Assembly: GCA_963794705.1 (NCBI GenBank)
Contig: CAWCFI010000003.1
Location: forward strand, 519,531-583,530
Direction: 5' to 3'
DNA from: an uncultured Acidobacteriota bacterium
Lineage (GTDB): Bacteria; Acidobacteriota; Vicinamibacteria; Vicinamibacterales; CAVVIG01
DNA: 64,000 nucleotides
Below, one piece after another: positions 8,909-21,668 of this stretch. Each line of letters starts with the position of its first letter. The first letter of the stretch is position 1. The position numbers and the translations under genes are program-made. The notes beneath the pieces were generated by a model. That model saw only the letters and a list, made by a program, of their open reading frames with translations, was not told the DNA's origin and ran no database searches.

Positions 8909-11125
8909 ATGACTCGAAGAGTGTTTCAATCCCTGGTGGCCGTCGTCTCGCTCGTCCTGCTGGTCGGCCTGAAGCTCGCCGGGCAGACCGCCGGCGATGC
9001 CGAGCACGAAGAACGGCGACTGGACGCACTACACCGCCGATATGCGCGGCACCAAGTACTCGCCGCTCGATCAGATCAACGCGCAGCAACTTCAATCAGC
9101 TCGAAGTCGCGTGGCGGTTCAAGACCGACAACCTCGGCACGCGCCCCGAGTTCAAGCTCGAAGGCACGCCGCTGGCGATCAAGGGCGTCCTCTACACGAC
9201 CGCCGGCACGCGCCGCTCGGTGGTCGCGCTCGACGGCCGCACCGGCGAGCTGATCTGGACGCACAGCTACCGCGAAGGCAACCGCGCCGCGATCGCGCCG
9301 CGCCAGCTGTCGGGCCGCGGCGTCTGGTACTGGACCGACGGCAAGGGCGACGACCGCATCCTCTACGTCACCACCGGCTATCGCCTGATCGCGCTCAACG
9401 CCAAGAACGGCGCGATGGTCTCGTCGTTCGGCGAAGGCGGCGTCGTCGATCTGAAGAAGGGCGCGGTCATCGGCAAGGGCCAGCAGATCGAGCTGGAGAC
9501 CGGCGAGATCGGCCTGCACTCGACGCCGACCATCGTCGGCAACATCGTGCTGATCGGCTCGTCGTTCAAGGAAGGCATGACGGTCGCGACGCACAACAAC
9601 ACCAAGGGCCTGGTGCGCGCGTTCGACGTGAAGAGCGGCAAGCTGCTGTGGACGTTCAACACGATTCCGCGCCCCGGCGAGTTCGGCAACGACACGTGGG
9701 AAAACGAGTCGTGGGCGATCAACGGCAACACCGGCGTGTGGACGCAGATCACGGTCGACGAGGAAGCCGGGCCTGGTCTATCTGCCGGTCGAAGATCCGA
9801 CGTCGGACTACTACGGCGGCCATCGGCCCGGCAACAACCTGTTCGGCGACAGCATCGTCTGCGTCGACCTGAAGACCGGCCAGCGCAAGTGGCACTTCCA
9901 GATCGTGCATCACCCGATCTGGGACTACGACATGTCGTCGGCGCCGATCCTGCTCGACGCCAACGTCAACGGCAAGCTGGTCAAGGCGGTCGCGGTGCCG
10001 AGCAAGCAGTCGTTCCTCTACGTGTTCGATCGCATCACCGGCCAGCCGATCTGGCCGATCGAAGAGCGCGCCGGTGCAGCAGTCGGACGTGCCGACGGAG
10101 AAGACGTCGCCGACGCAGCCGTTCCCGACCAAGCCGCCGGCCTACGGCCGTCCGTTCCTCAAGGTGCCGGACGATCTGATCGACTTCACGCCGGCGATGC
10201 GCGCGCAGGCGCTCGAGAATCTCAAGAGCTATCGCGTGGCGGGGATGTACAACCCGCCGCTGCTCGGCACAGGTCGGCGGACGCTGCGCGGCGCGATCAA
10301 CGTCGGCAACGCGAGCGGCGGCACCAACTGGCCGGGCGCCGGCGCCGATCCGGAAACGCACACCGTCTACGCGCAGGCGGCGATGGCGTTCGTCAGCGGC
10401 CTGTCGCTGCGCGAGCCGCCGGCGACGCTTCGCTCGGACATGAAGTACGTCTCGGGCGTCGACGGCACCGAATTCCGCGAAGCGCTCGGCCCGGGCTTCG
10501 GCAGCGCGGCCGACTCGCCGCTCGCGGCGGCGCGCGGACGCGCCGGCGCGGCGCGGCGCCGGCGCGCCGACGCGCCGGCGGCGGGACGCGGCGGCCGTGG
10601 ACGCGGCGCGGCGCGGCGGCGGCGCCCGGCGCGCCGGCGCCGCCCGCGGGCGGCGGCGGCGGCCTCCAGGTCGAAGGCCTGCCGATCGTGAAGCCGCCGT
10701 ACGGCGTGCTCGCGGCGATCGATCTCGACAAGGGCGAGCTGAAGTTCCAGGTGCCGCACGGCGACACGCCGGACAACGTCCGCACCAATCCCGCGCTGCA
10801 GGGGATGAACATCCCGAAGACCGGCCAGAACGGCAGCGTCGGCCTGATGGTCACCAAGACGCTCGTCGTGCTCGGCGATCCGCAGGTGACGGCGCCGCCG
10901 GGACGCGCCGCGCGGCGCGATGCTGCGCGCCTACGACAAGAACAACGGCACCGAGGTCGGCGCCGTGTGGATGCCGGCGGCGCAGAGCGGATCGCCGATG
11001 ACCTACATGGCCGACGGCAAGCAGTACATCGTCGTCGCGGTCAGCGGCGGCAACTACTCGGGCGAGTACATCGCGTTCGCGCTGCCGAACGCGGCCGCGG
11101 AACACCAGCGTCGGGCAGCAGCTAA
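8909..11125 (+). pseudogene. Soluble PQQ-dependent dehydrogenase (glucose/quinate/shikimate-type), paralog A, at least 7 frame changes
   Basis: SD GCAGGAG then ATG 8909. Signal peptide. Colinear with paralogs B and C ([78 protein letters not shown]) but read across frames 2,0,1,2,0,2,0. No stop in the last frame before gene B, so the end is approximate. Confidence 0.8.
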
Positions 11126-11160
11126 GCAGTCTTCACTCAATCGAAAAAGGGCAAACAGAA

Positions 11161-13367
11161 ATGACACGAACATTGAAACGCACCGTGCTGGCGGCCGCCG
11201 CCATCGCCGGCGTGGCCGGGCTGATGACCGCCGGGCCGCGCATGACGGCCCAGCTCTCGGGGCAGGCCCCGGGATTCCCGAGCACCAAGAACGGCGAGTG
11301 GCCGTACTACACCGCCGACGTCAAGGGCTCGCGCTACTCGCCGCTCGATCAGATCAACGGCAGCAACTTCAACCAGCTCGAAGTCGCCTGGCGCTTCAAG
11401 ACCGACAACCTCGGCACGCGTCCCGAGTTCAAGCTCGAAGGCACGCCGCTGATGGTCAAGGGCGTCATCTACGCGACCGGCGGCACGCGCCGCTCGGTGG
11501 TCGCGCTCGACGGCAAGACCGGCGAGCTGATCTGGGTCCACGCCGAGAAGGAAGGCGCCCGCGCCGTCAACGCGCCGCGCCAGCTCTCGGGCCGCGGCCT
11601 CTCCTACTGGACCGACGGCAAGGGTGACGACCGCGTCATCTACGTCACGCCCGGCTATCGCCTGATCTCGCTGAACGCGAAGACCGGCGTGCCAATCACC
11701 GGCTTCGGCAGCAACGGCGTCGTCGACATGAAGGTCGGCGCCGTCGTCGGCAAGGGCCAGCAGATCGATCTGGAGACCGGCGAGATCGGCCTCCACTCGA
11801 CGCCGACCATCGCCAAGGACGTGATCATCGTCGGCTCGTCGTTCCGCGAAGGCCTGACGGTGAAGACGCACAACAACACCAAGGGCCTGGTGCGCGCGTG
11901 GGACGTCCGCACCGGCAAGCTGCTGTGGACGTTCAACACGATCCCGAAGCCGGGTGAATTCGGCAACGACACCTGGGAGAAGGAGTCGTGGGCGCAGAAC
12001 GGCAACACCGGCGTGTGGACGCAGATCACCGTCGACGAGGAGCTCGGCCTGGTCTACCTGCCGGTCGAGGATCCGACGTCGGACCTCTACGGCGGCCATC
12101 GTCCCGGCAACAACCTGTACGGCGACAGCCTGGTGTGCGTCGACCTGAAGACCGGCCAGCGCAAGTGGTACTACCAGATCGTCCATCACCCGATCTGGGA
12201 CTACGACATGCCGGCGGCGCCGCTGATCGCCGACATCAACGTCAACGGCAAGCCGGTCAAGGCGGTCGCGCAGGCGACCAAGCAGGGGCTGCTCTACGTG
12301 TTCGACCGCGTCACCGGACAGCCGGTGTGGCCGATCGAAGAGAAGCCGGTGCCGCAGACCGACGTTCCCGGCGAGAAGACCTCGCCGACGCAGCCGTTCC
12401 CGAGCCGTCCGCCGGCCTATTCGCGCAACGGCGTGATCGAGAGCGATCTGATCGACTTCACGCCGGAGCTCAAGGCCGCGGGTCTCGAAGCGTCGAAGCG
12501 CTTCCGCCTCGGCCCGGTGTTCCTGCCGCCGGTCGTCAGCAAGCTCGAAGGCCCGATCGGCGCGCTGACCTCGGGCACGCTGAGCGGCGGCGTCAACTGG
12601 CCGGGCTCGGCCTACGATCCGGAAATGCATGCCTTCTTCACGCATGCGTGCAACTCGTGCATCGCGCCGCTCGGCCTGGTCGCGCCGCCGAAGGACTTCT
12701 CGGATCTCGACTACGTGATGGGCACCGCCGGCGCCACATTCCGTCCGATCGAGGGTGGCGGTGTCGGCGAATCGGCCGACTCGCCGCGTCCCGCTCGTCC
12801 GGCGACACCTCCCCCGCCACCGACTCCTCCGCCGGCCGCGGCGGGTGGCGGTCGCGCGGGTGCTCCGCCGGCAGGTGGCGGCGGCGGTGGATTCGGTGCG
12901 ACGGTTCAGGGTCTGTCGATCGTCAAGCCGCCGTACGGCCAGATCGTCGGCATCAACCTGGACAAGGGCGAGCTGATGTGGTCGACGCCGCACGGCGACA
13001 CGCCTGACGCGGTCCGCAATCATCCGGCGCTGAAGGGTGTGAACATCCCGAAGACCGGTCAGCAGGGCAACGTCGGCGTGGTCGTGACCAAGACGCTGGT
13101 CGTATCCGGCGATCCGAGCGTGACGACGACGCCGGAGCATCCGCGCGGCGCGATGCTGCGTGCCTACGACAAGAACACCGGCGCGCAGGTCGGCGCGGTG
13201 TGGATGCCGGCGCCGCAGAGCGGCTCGCCGATGACCTACTAGCGTGGACGGCCGCCAGTACATCATCGTCGCGGTCAGCGGCGGCAACTACTCGGGCGAG
13301 TACATCGCGTTCGCGCTGCCGCAGTCGGCGACGCGCGGCACGGCGGGACGGTCGGTAGAATTCAGAA

Positions 13368-13378
<11 letters not shown>
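11161..13378 (+). CDS. Soluble PQQ-dependent dehydrogenase, paralog B (C-terminal 45 codons in +1 frame)
   Basis: 693 aa ORF 11161..13242 with signal peptide and HHPIWDYDM motif. After MTY-TAG the text [27 protein letters not shown] continues from 13244 to TAG 13376..13378. Paralog C has ctc where B has tagc. Confidence 0.85.
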
Positions 13379-15659
<2,281 letters not shown>

Positions 15660-15747
15660 GGTAGCAAAACCGCCCCGGATGAGCTTTCGTCTTGCGAGAG
15701 CCGGAGCGCGCCTGCTACCCTCGGCGTTCCTTATGATGAGGCTTCCC

Positions 15748-16840
15748 ATGCGCGCGTTCGTAGCCACCCTTGCGTCGATCATCGCCGTCGGTCTGCTGTC
15801 GCCGGCCGCCACGCTCCAGGAAAAAATGGAGAAGGGCGGCGAGGAAGAAACCGGCCCCTATACGGTGGTCGAGAACTGGCCGACGCCGTGGTCGCGGCAG
15901 GGCTACATCTGGGGATCGCAGCCGGGCATCTTCGCCGAGACGCCGAACCGGATCTTCATCGCCGCGCGCGGCGAGCTGAAGCTGCCCGACACGCTGCCGC
16001 GCGGGTTCAACGGCATCTGGGGATCGATGAACCAGCGCGCCACCGAGCCCAAGCCCGAGATGCGCAACTGCATCGTCATCGTCGACGGCAGCGGCAAGCT
16101 GATCGAGGCGTGGACGCAGTGGGACAAGCTGTTCGAGGGCGGCGGCGGACCGCACAAGATCCGCATCAGCCCGTACGATCCGCAGAAGCACGTCTGGGTC
16201 GTGAACGACGCGCGCCACCAGATCTACGAGTTCACCAACGACGGCAAGCAGCTGGTGCGGACGCTGGGTGAAGCCGACGTCGCCGGCGAACGACGACACG
16301 CATTTCGGCCGGCCGCAGGACATCGCCTGGCTGCCCGACGGCAGCCTGCTCGTCGCCGACGGTCTCGGCAACTCACGCGTCGCGAAGTTCGACAAGAACG
16401 GCGTCTTCGTGAAGGCGTGGGGCACGCGCGGCAACGCGCCGGGCCAGTTCAGCGGCCCGCACGGCATCGCCACCGATCGCAGCGGCCGCGTCTACGTCGC
16501 CGATCGCACCAACCACCGCATCCAGATCTTCGACGGCGACGGCAAGTTCCTCGACCAGTGGCCCGGGCTGCGCCAGGCCAACGACATCGTGATCGACAAG
16601 AATCAGCACGTCTGGGTCGCCGACGGCACCAACTCGAAGGTGCTGGAATACGATCAGAGCGGCAAGCTGCTCTATTCGTGGGGCACCTACGGCACCTTCC
16701 CGGGCGCCTTCTGGGAGCTGCACCAGATGTCGATCGACTCCGAAGGCAATCTCTATGGCGCCGACAGCTTCGGCGGCCGCGTGCAGAAGTTCACGCCGCG
16801 GGCCGGAGCCGATCGATCGAAGCTGATCGTGACGTACTAG
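15748..16840 (+). pseudogene. Secreted NHL-repeat beta-propeller protein (peptidyl-alpha-hydroxyglycine lyase-like), one frameshift near 16287
   Basis: Signal MRAFVATLASIIAVGLL. ...HQIYEFTNDGKQLVRTLGEADVAG then, in the second frame, DDTHFGRPQDIAWLPDGSLLVADGLGNSRVAKFDKNGVFVKAWGTRGNAPGQFSGPHGIATDRSGRVYVADRTNHRIQIFD. Confidence 0.75.
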
Positions 16841-16873
16841 CAATTCCTTACGAATCGCTTCTGGCTGGCAACG

Positions 16874-17446
16874 GTGTTGCTGGTTCCACGCCTGATGGCC
16901 CGCGTCTACGTGCTCTTTCTGTCCGCTTTCCTGGTCGGTTGGGCTGGATCTGCGCGGGCTCAGGACTCTAGAGGGGACGATCCGCAGGCGCCGGCGCCGC
17001 GTCCAGTCGCCGTCGAGTACAGCGACGCCTACTACACGCGCGCAAAGATCCATAAGTACGCGAGCTTCGCGACGCTGCCGCTCTTCGCCACCGAGGTCGC
17101 GCTCGGACAAACCATCTACAACGATCCCAACGCCAACAGCAGCGCCGTCAAAGGCGCGCACATCGCGGTCGGCACCGCGATCACCGGGCTCTTCGCGGTG
17201 AACACGGTCACCGGCGTCTGGAACATGTGGGAGAGCCGGCACGAGCCGGAGCACCACAAGCTGAAGCTGGCGCATGGCATCCTGATGCTGGCCGCCGACG
17301 CCGGGTTCGTGGCCACGTTCGCCAGCGGCCCCAGCGGCCATGGCACCACTCTCGAGTCGGACAAGCAAACGCACCGGACCCTGGCGCTGACGTCGATGGG
17401 CGTTGCCACCGCAAGCTATCTGCTGATGCTCTTCGGGAACCGATAG
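16874..17446 (+). CDS. Integral membrane protein, His-rich, unknown function
   Basis: 190 aa. Signal or anchor plus about 3 further hydrophobic helices. Conserved-looking His residues (KGAHIAVG, HEPEHHKLKLAHGILM). Confidence 0.5.
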   Translation: MLLVPRLMARVYVLFLSAFLVGWAGSARAQDSRGDDPQAPAPRPVAVEYSDAYYTRAKIHKYASFATLPLFATEVALGQTIYNDPNANSSAVKGAHIAVGTAITGLFAVNTVTGVWNMWESRHEPEHHKLKLAHGILMLAADAGFVATFASGPSGHGTTLESDKQTHRTLALTSMGVATASYLLMLFGNR

Positions 17447-17448
17447 CC

Positions 17449-17934
17449 ATGCTGGACTGGCTGTCCTCGGCCGCCGCACCCTGGGCGTCGCTGTACTCGA
17501 ATCACGCCGCGCTGCGCACCGCCGTCGTCTTCGCGCACATCGGCGGCCTGGTGGGGGCCGGCGGCTGCGCCGTCGCCGCCGATCGCGCGACGCTCCTCGC
17601 GCTGCGGCGCCACGAAGCCGAGCGGCGTCATCAGGTCGAAGCGCTCGCCGGCACGCACCGCGTCGTCATCGTCGGCTTGGTGGGCATCGTGATCAGCGGC
17701 GCGCTGCTCTTCGCCGCCGACGTGCAGACGTTCCTCCCCTCGCGCATCTTCTGGATCAAGATGACGCTGATCCTGCTGCTGCTCGTCAACGGCGCGATGC
17801 TGACGTCCGCCGAGCGCCGCGCCAGCCGCGGCGCCGACGATGCGTGGGGCCGGCTGCGCGCGACGGCTGTGGCGAGCCTGATGCTGTGGTTTCTGATCAC
17901 CTTCGCGGGCGTGGCGTTGACCAATGCCGGATAA
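17449..17934 (+). CDS. Integral membrane protein (4 predicted helices), unknown function
   Basis: ATG at 17449, 2 nt after the previous stop. MLDWLSSAAAPWASLYSNHAALRTAVVFAHIGGLVGAGG...IFWIKMTLILLLLVNG. Confidence 0.5.
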   Translation: MLDWLSSAAAPWASLYSNHAALRTAVVFAHIGGLVGAGGCAVAADRATLLALRRHEAERRHQVEALAGTHRVVIVGLVGIVISGALLFAADVQTFLPSRIFWIKMTLILLLLVNGAMLTSAERRASRGADDAWGRLRATAVASLMLWFLITFAGVALTNAG

Positions 17935-18397
17935 GCCAGCGGGATCGCCGTGCGAATCGTGCGGCGCAGCGGTCTCCTTTCCATCGCGACGGGCGTTTCT
18001 CCAACTGCTGACGGCGGGAGCCGCGATCACGTTCGTCGAGGGCCTGCGCGCCGGTTCCGAGGTCCGCTACCCCGTCCCGGCGGCCGACGGCGTGACCATC
18101 GACAAGACCGCCCAGGTGATCATCGTTCGCTATCAGGGACACGCCTATGCCTTCAACCTCGCCTGCCCGCATCAGAACCAGATGCTGCGCTGGCTGCCGA
18201 AGGAAGCGCGCTTCCAGTGCCCGAAGCACGAGTCGAAATATCAGCCGACCGGTGTGTTCATGAACGGACGCGCGACCCGCAACATGGATCGACTCGCCGT
18301 CAGAGTCGACGCCGGCCAGCTGGTCGTCAACGTCGACAAGATGTTCATGTCCGACAAGGATCCCGCCGGCTGGGCCGCCGCTGCCGTTACAATCTGA
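17924..18397 (+). CDS. Tat-exported Rieske [2Fe-2S] protein
   Basis: 157 aa. SRRAFLQ Tat-like motif. CPH-x15-CPKH Rieske ligand pattern. Overlaps the upstream gene by 11 nt. Confidence 0.85.
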   Translation: MPDKPAGSPCESCGAAVSFPSRRAFLQLLTAGAAITFVEGLRAGSEVRYPVPAADGVTIDKTAQVIIVRYQGHAYAFNLACPHQNQMLRWLPKEARFQCPKHESKYQPTGVFMNGRATRNMDRLAVRVDAGQLVVNVDKMFMSDKDPAGWAAAAVTI

Positions 18398-18401
18398 TCC
18401 C

Positions 18402-20162
18402 ATGACTCGATCGAGCCGATGGATTGCCACCGGCGCGCTGCTGCTGGCCGCGGCAGCCGTGCCTTCCGTGCTCCTCGCCACGCGCCCTGCGGTCTCCCCG
18501 GTCACGCAGGCCGCGCCGTCGGTCGCCGACCTCGTGCTGCGCAACGGCAAGATCGCCACCGTGGACGAGGCGCTGCCGGAGGCACAGGCCATGGCCGTGC
18601 GCGGCGACACCATCGTCGCGCTCGGATCCGATCAGGAGATCCAGCGCTACATCGGCGCGTCGACGAAGGTGATCGACCTGAAGGGCGCGTTCGCGACGCC
18701 TGGATTCATCGACGCCCACGTCCACTTCACCGGCGTCGGCGAAGCGGCCCGGAACCTCAAGCTCTCCACCGCGAAGAACTGGGACGACATCGTCCGGATG
18801 GTCGCGGCGGCGGCGAAGACGGCGCGTCCGGGCGAGTGGATCCTCGGCCGCGGCTGGCATCAGGAAAAATGGTCCGAGGTGCCGTCGCCGAACGTCGAAG
18901 GCTTCCCGCTGCACGAGGCGCTGAGCAAGGCCGCGCCGAACAATCCGGTCTGGCTGACGCACGCCAGCGGCCATGCCGGCTTCGCCAACGCGATGGCGAT
19001 GAAGGCCGCCGAGGTCACGAGAACGACACCTGATCCGGCGGGCGGCAAGATCCTGAAGGACGCCGACGGCAACCCGACCGGCCTGTTCAACGAGCGGGCG
19101 CAGTCGCTGGTCGGCGACGCGCTGGCGCGCGATCGCGCAACACGCACGCCGGCGCAGGTCGAGGCCGACCTCCGGCAGGTGATCGAGCTCGCCGCTCGGG
19201 AGAGCCTGGCCAAGGGGCTGACGACGGTGAGCGATGCCGGGTCGCCGCCGTCGACGATCGAGGTGATGAAACGGGTCGTCGATGAAGGCAAGCTGCCGCT
19301 GCGGGTCTGGATGATGCTGCGTGAGGACGCCGCCAAGCTCGCGATCGACATGCCGAAGTACCGGGTCATCAACTACGGGGACAAGCGGTTCACGGTGCGC
19401 GCGACCAAACGGCAGATTGATGGCGCCCTCGGTTCGCGCGGCGCGTGGATGCTGGAGCCGTACGCCGATCTGGCGTCGACCAGCGGCATGCTGACCGACT
19501 CGCTCGACGACATCCGCACGGCAGCGGAGCTGGCCATCACCAACGGCTACCAGATGGCGATCCACGCGATCGGCGATCGCGGCAACCGCGAGGTCCTCAA
19601 CATCTACGAGGAGACGTTCAAGCGCCATCCCGAGAAGAACGGCAAGGACCTGCGCTGGCGGGTCGAGCACGCCCAGCACATCAGCGCGCCGGACATCCCG
19701 CGCTTCGGCGCGCTCGGCGTGATCGCCTCGATGGAAGGCATCCACTGCACGTCGGACGCGCTCTACGTGCTCGCGCGTCTCGGACCGAAGCGGGCGGAGG
19801 AAGGCGCCTACGTCTGGCAGAAGCTGATCAAGTCCGGGGCGATCATCGCCAACGGTACTGATGCCCCGGTCGAGGACATCGATCCCATCCCGTCGTTTTA
19901 CGCGTCGGTGTCGCGCCGCGCCAAGGACGGCACCGTGTTCTTTCCCGACCAGCGCATGACCCGGATGCAGGCGCTGCAGTCCTACACCATCAACGCCGCC
20001 TTCGCCGGCTTCGACGAGACCATCAAGGGATCGCTGCGGCCCGGGAAGCTGGCCGACGTCACGGTCTTCTCGAAGGACCTGCTGACGATTCCCGAGGACC
20101 AGATCCCGTCGGCGCAGGTGCTCTACACCATCGTCGGCGGCACCGTGCAGTACGCCCGCTAG
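18402..20162 (+). CDS. Exported metal-dependent amidohydrolase (YtcJ/Amidohydro_3-like)
   Basis: 586 aa, signal peptide. ATPGFIDAHVHF metal motif. Paralogous in layout to 34365..36050. Confidence 0.85.
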   Translation: MTRSSRWIATGALLLAAAAVPSVLLATRPAVSPVTQAAPSVADLVLRNGKIATVDEALPEAQAMAVRGDTIVALGSDQEIQRYIGASTKVIDLKGAFATPGFIDAHVHFTGVGEAARNLKLSTAKNWDDIVRMVAAAAKTARPGEWILGRGWHQEKWSEVPSPNVEGFPLHEALSKAAPNNPVWLTHASGHAGFANAMAMKAAEVTRTTPDPAGGKILKDADGNPTGLFNERAQSLVGDALARDRATRTPAQVEADLRQVIELAARESLAKGLTTVSDAGSPPSTIEVMKRVVDEGKLPLRVWMMLREDAAKLAIDMPKYRVINYGDKRFTVRATKRQIDGALGSRGAWMLEPYADLASTSGMLTDSLDDIRTAAELAITNGYQMAIHAIGDRGNREVLNIYEETFKRHPEKNGKDLRWRVEHAQHISAPDIPRFGALGVIASMEGIHCTSDALYVLARLGPKRAEEGAYVWQKLIKSGAIIANGTDAPVEDIDPIPSFYASVSRRAKDGTVFFPDQRMTRMQALQSYTINAAFAGFDETIKGSLRPGKLADVTVFSKDLLTIPEDQIPSAQVLYTIVGGTVQYAR

Positions 20163-20179
20163 ACGGGTTTCACTCTGGT

Positions 20180-20233
20180 GTAACGCAGGCCTTCAGGCCT
20201 GCACGACACGACGGACCTGAGGGTCCGCGCTAC
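20180..20233. repeat. REP pair (inverted orientation)
   Basis: GTAAC-GCAGGCC-TTCA-GGCCTGC then CGGACC-TGAG-GGTCCG-CGCTAC. Confidence 0.6.
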
Positions 20234-20251
20234 AACAGAGCGGAAAGCGAA

Positions 20252-21668
20252 CTAGGCGGGCAGCGGCAGTTCGAGCGTGACGATGAAACCGCCGTCCGGC
20301 GCGTTGGCGGCGGTGGCGGTGCCGCCGTGGACCTCGAACGTCCGCCGGGTGATGGCGAGTCCCAGCCCGGTCCGCTCGGGGTTCGACAGGCCGTCGGTCA
20401 CCACCTGGGCGAACGGGACGAACAGCCCGTCGACCGCGGTCTCCGGCACGCCCGGGCCGTGATCGCGCACCTGGATGATCGCGCGCGATCCGTCGGCGGC
20501 CTGGCGCCGATCCAGCGAGACCTCTACCTTCGTGCGCGCCGCCGTGTGCCGGACCGCGTTGCGCACGACGTTCTCGACCGCGCCGCGCAGCATCTCGCGC
20601 GCGCCTTCCACCACGCAGGCGCCGCGCTGGCTGAACGCGACCGCGCACTCGCGATGACGCGCCTCGTACTCGGCGTCGGTGCTGACCTCTTCGACCACGC
20701 TGCCGAGGTCGAACCGCGTCGGCCGTTCGAGGTCGACGCCGCTGTCGACCCGCGCCATGGTCAGCAGCTGGCCAATCAGCTTGTTGAGCCGCTCCGCTTC
20801 GGTCTCGATGCGATCGAGATGCTCGGTGGTCGCCTGGCCGTTGCGCTGACGAGCAAGGCCGAGCGCCACGTTCAACCGCGCCAGCGGCGAGCGCAGCGCG
20901 TGCGAGACGTCCGCGAGCAGGTGCCGCTGGGCGGTCACCAGGTGCTCGATCCGCTCGGCCATGCGATCGAAGTCGCGGCCGAGATCGGCGAGCTCGTCCT
21001 TGCGCTCGATCACGCTGCCGTCCACCCGCGTCTGCAACTGCTGGTTGGCGATGTTGCGCGCCGCCAGCGCGCAGCCGATCGATCGGCTGCGCGATGTGGC
21101 GCGCCAGCACGAAACACAGCACGCCGGCGACCAGCAGGACCGCCGCGACCCGGCCGATCGACTCGCGGCTCGGGCGCTCGGCGTAGATGTCCGGCGACAG
21201 GAACTCGAACAGCGATCGGTTCAGGACCGAGGGGCTCGGGTAGTCGACCACCACGATGTGCGACGCGCCGCGCGCGTCGATGACGCGTTCGGCGATGATC
21301 CGTTCCGCCGGGTCCACGCGCGGCGAGCCCGGCGGCCACTCCGCCATCGAATTCACCAGCCGCCGCACCGGCGCATCGGGAGTGCGTCCGAGCACGTCCT
21401 TGCCGTCGGCGTCGAAGATGTAGTTCACGACGCCGGGATCCATCGCGAACGAGGCGACGTAGCGCGCCAGCGCGGCGGGGCCTTCGCGGCGCAGGATGCC
21501 TGATTCCTGCCGCGCCCACATGTCCAGGCGCGGCGTGTACTTCTCCTCCCAGCGCCGGTCGTCCTCGGCGCGCGAGTGGCTCAACTCGGTCAGCGAGACC
21601 AGCGTGCCGCTGACGATCAGCACGCCGAGCCAGAACCAGAGAAAGATTTTGACGTGCAGCCGGCGCAT
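20252..21668 (-). pseudogene. CpxA/EnvZ-type sensor histidine kinase, frameshift near 21050
   Basis: MRRLHVKIFLWFWLGVLIVSG N-terminus. HAMP, then LLADVSHALRSPLARL H-box and GLGLAITRRTFEVHGG in ORF 20252..21037. TGATG overlap with the regulator gene. Confidence 0.8.
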
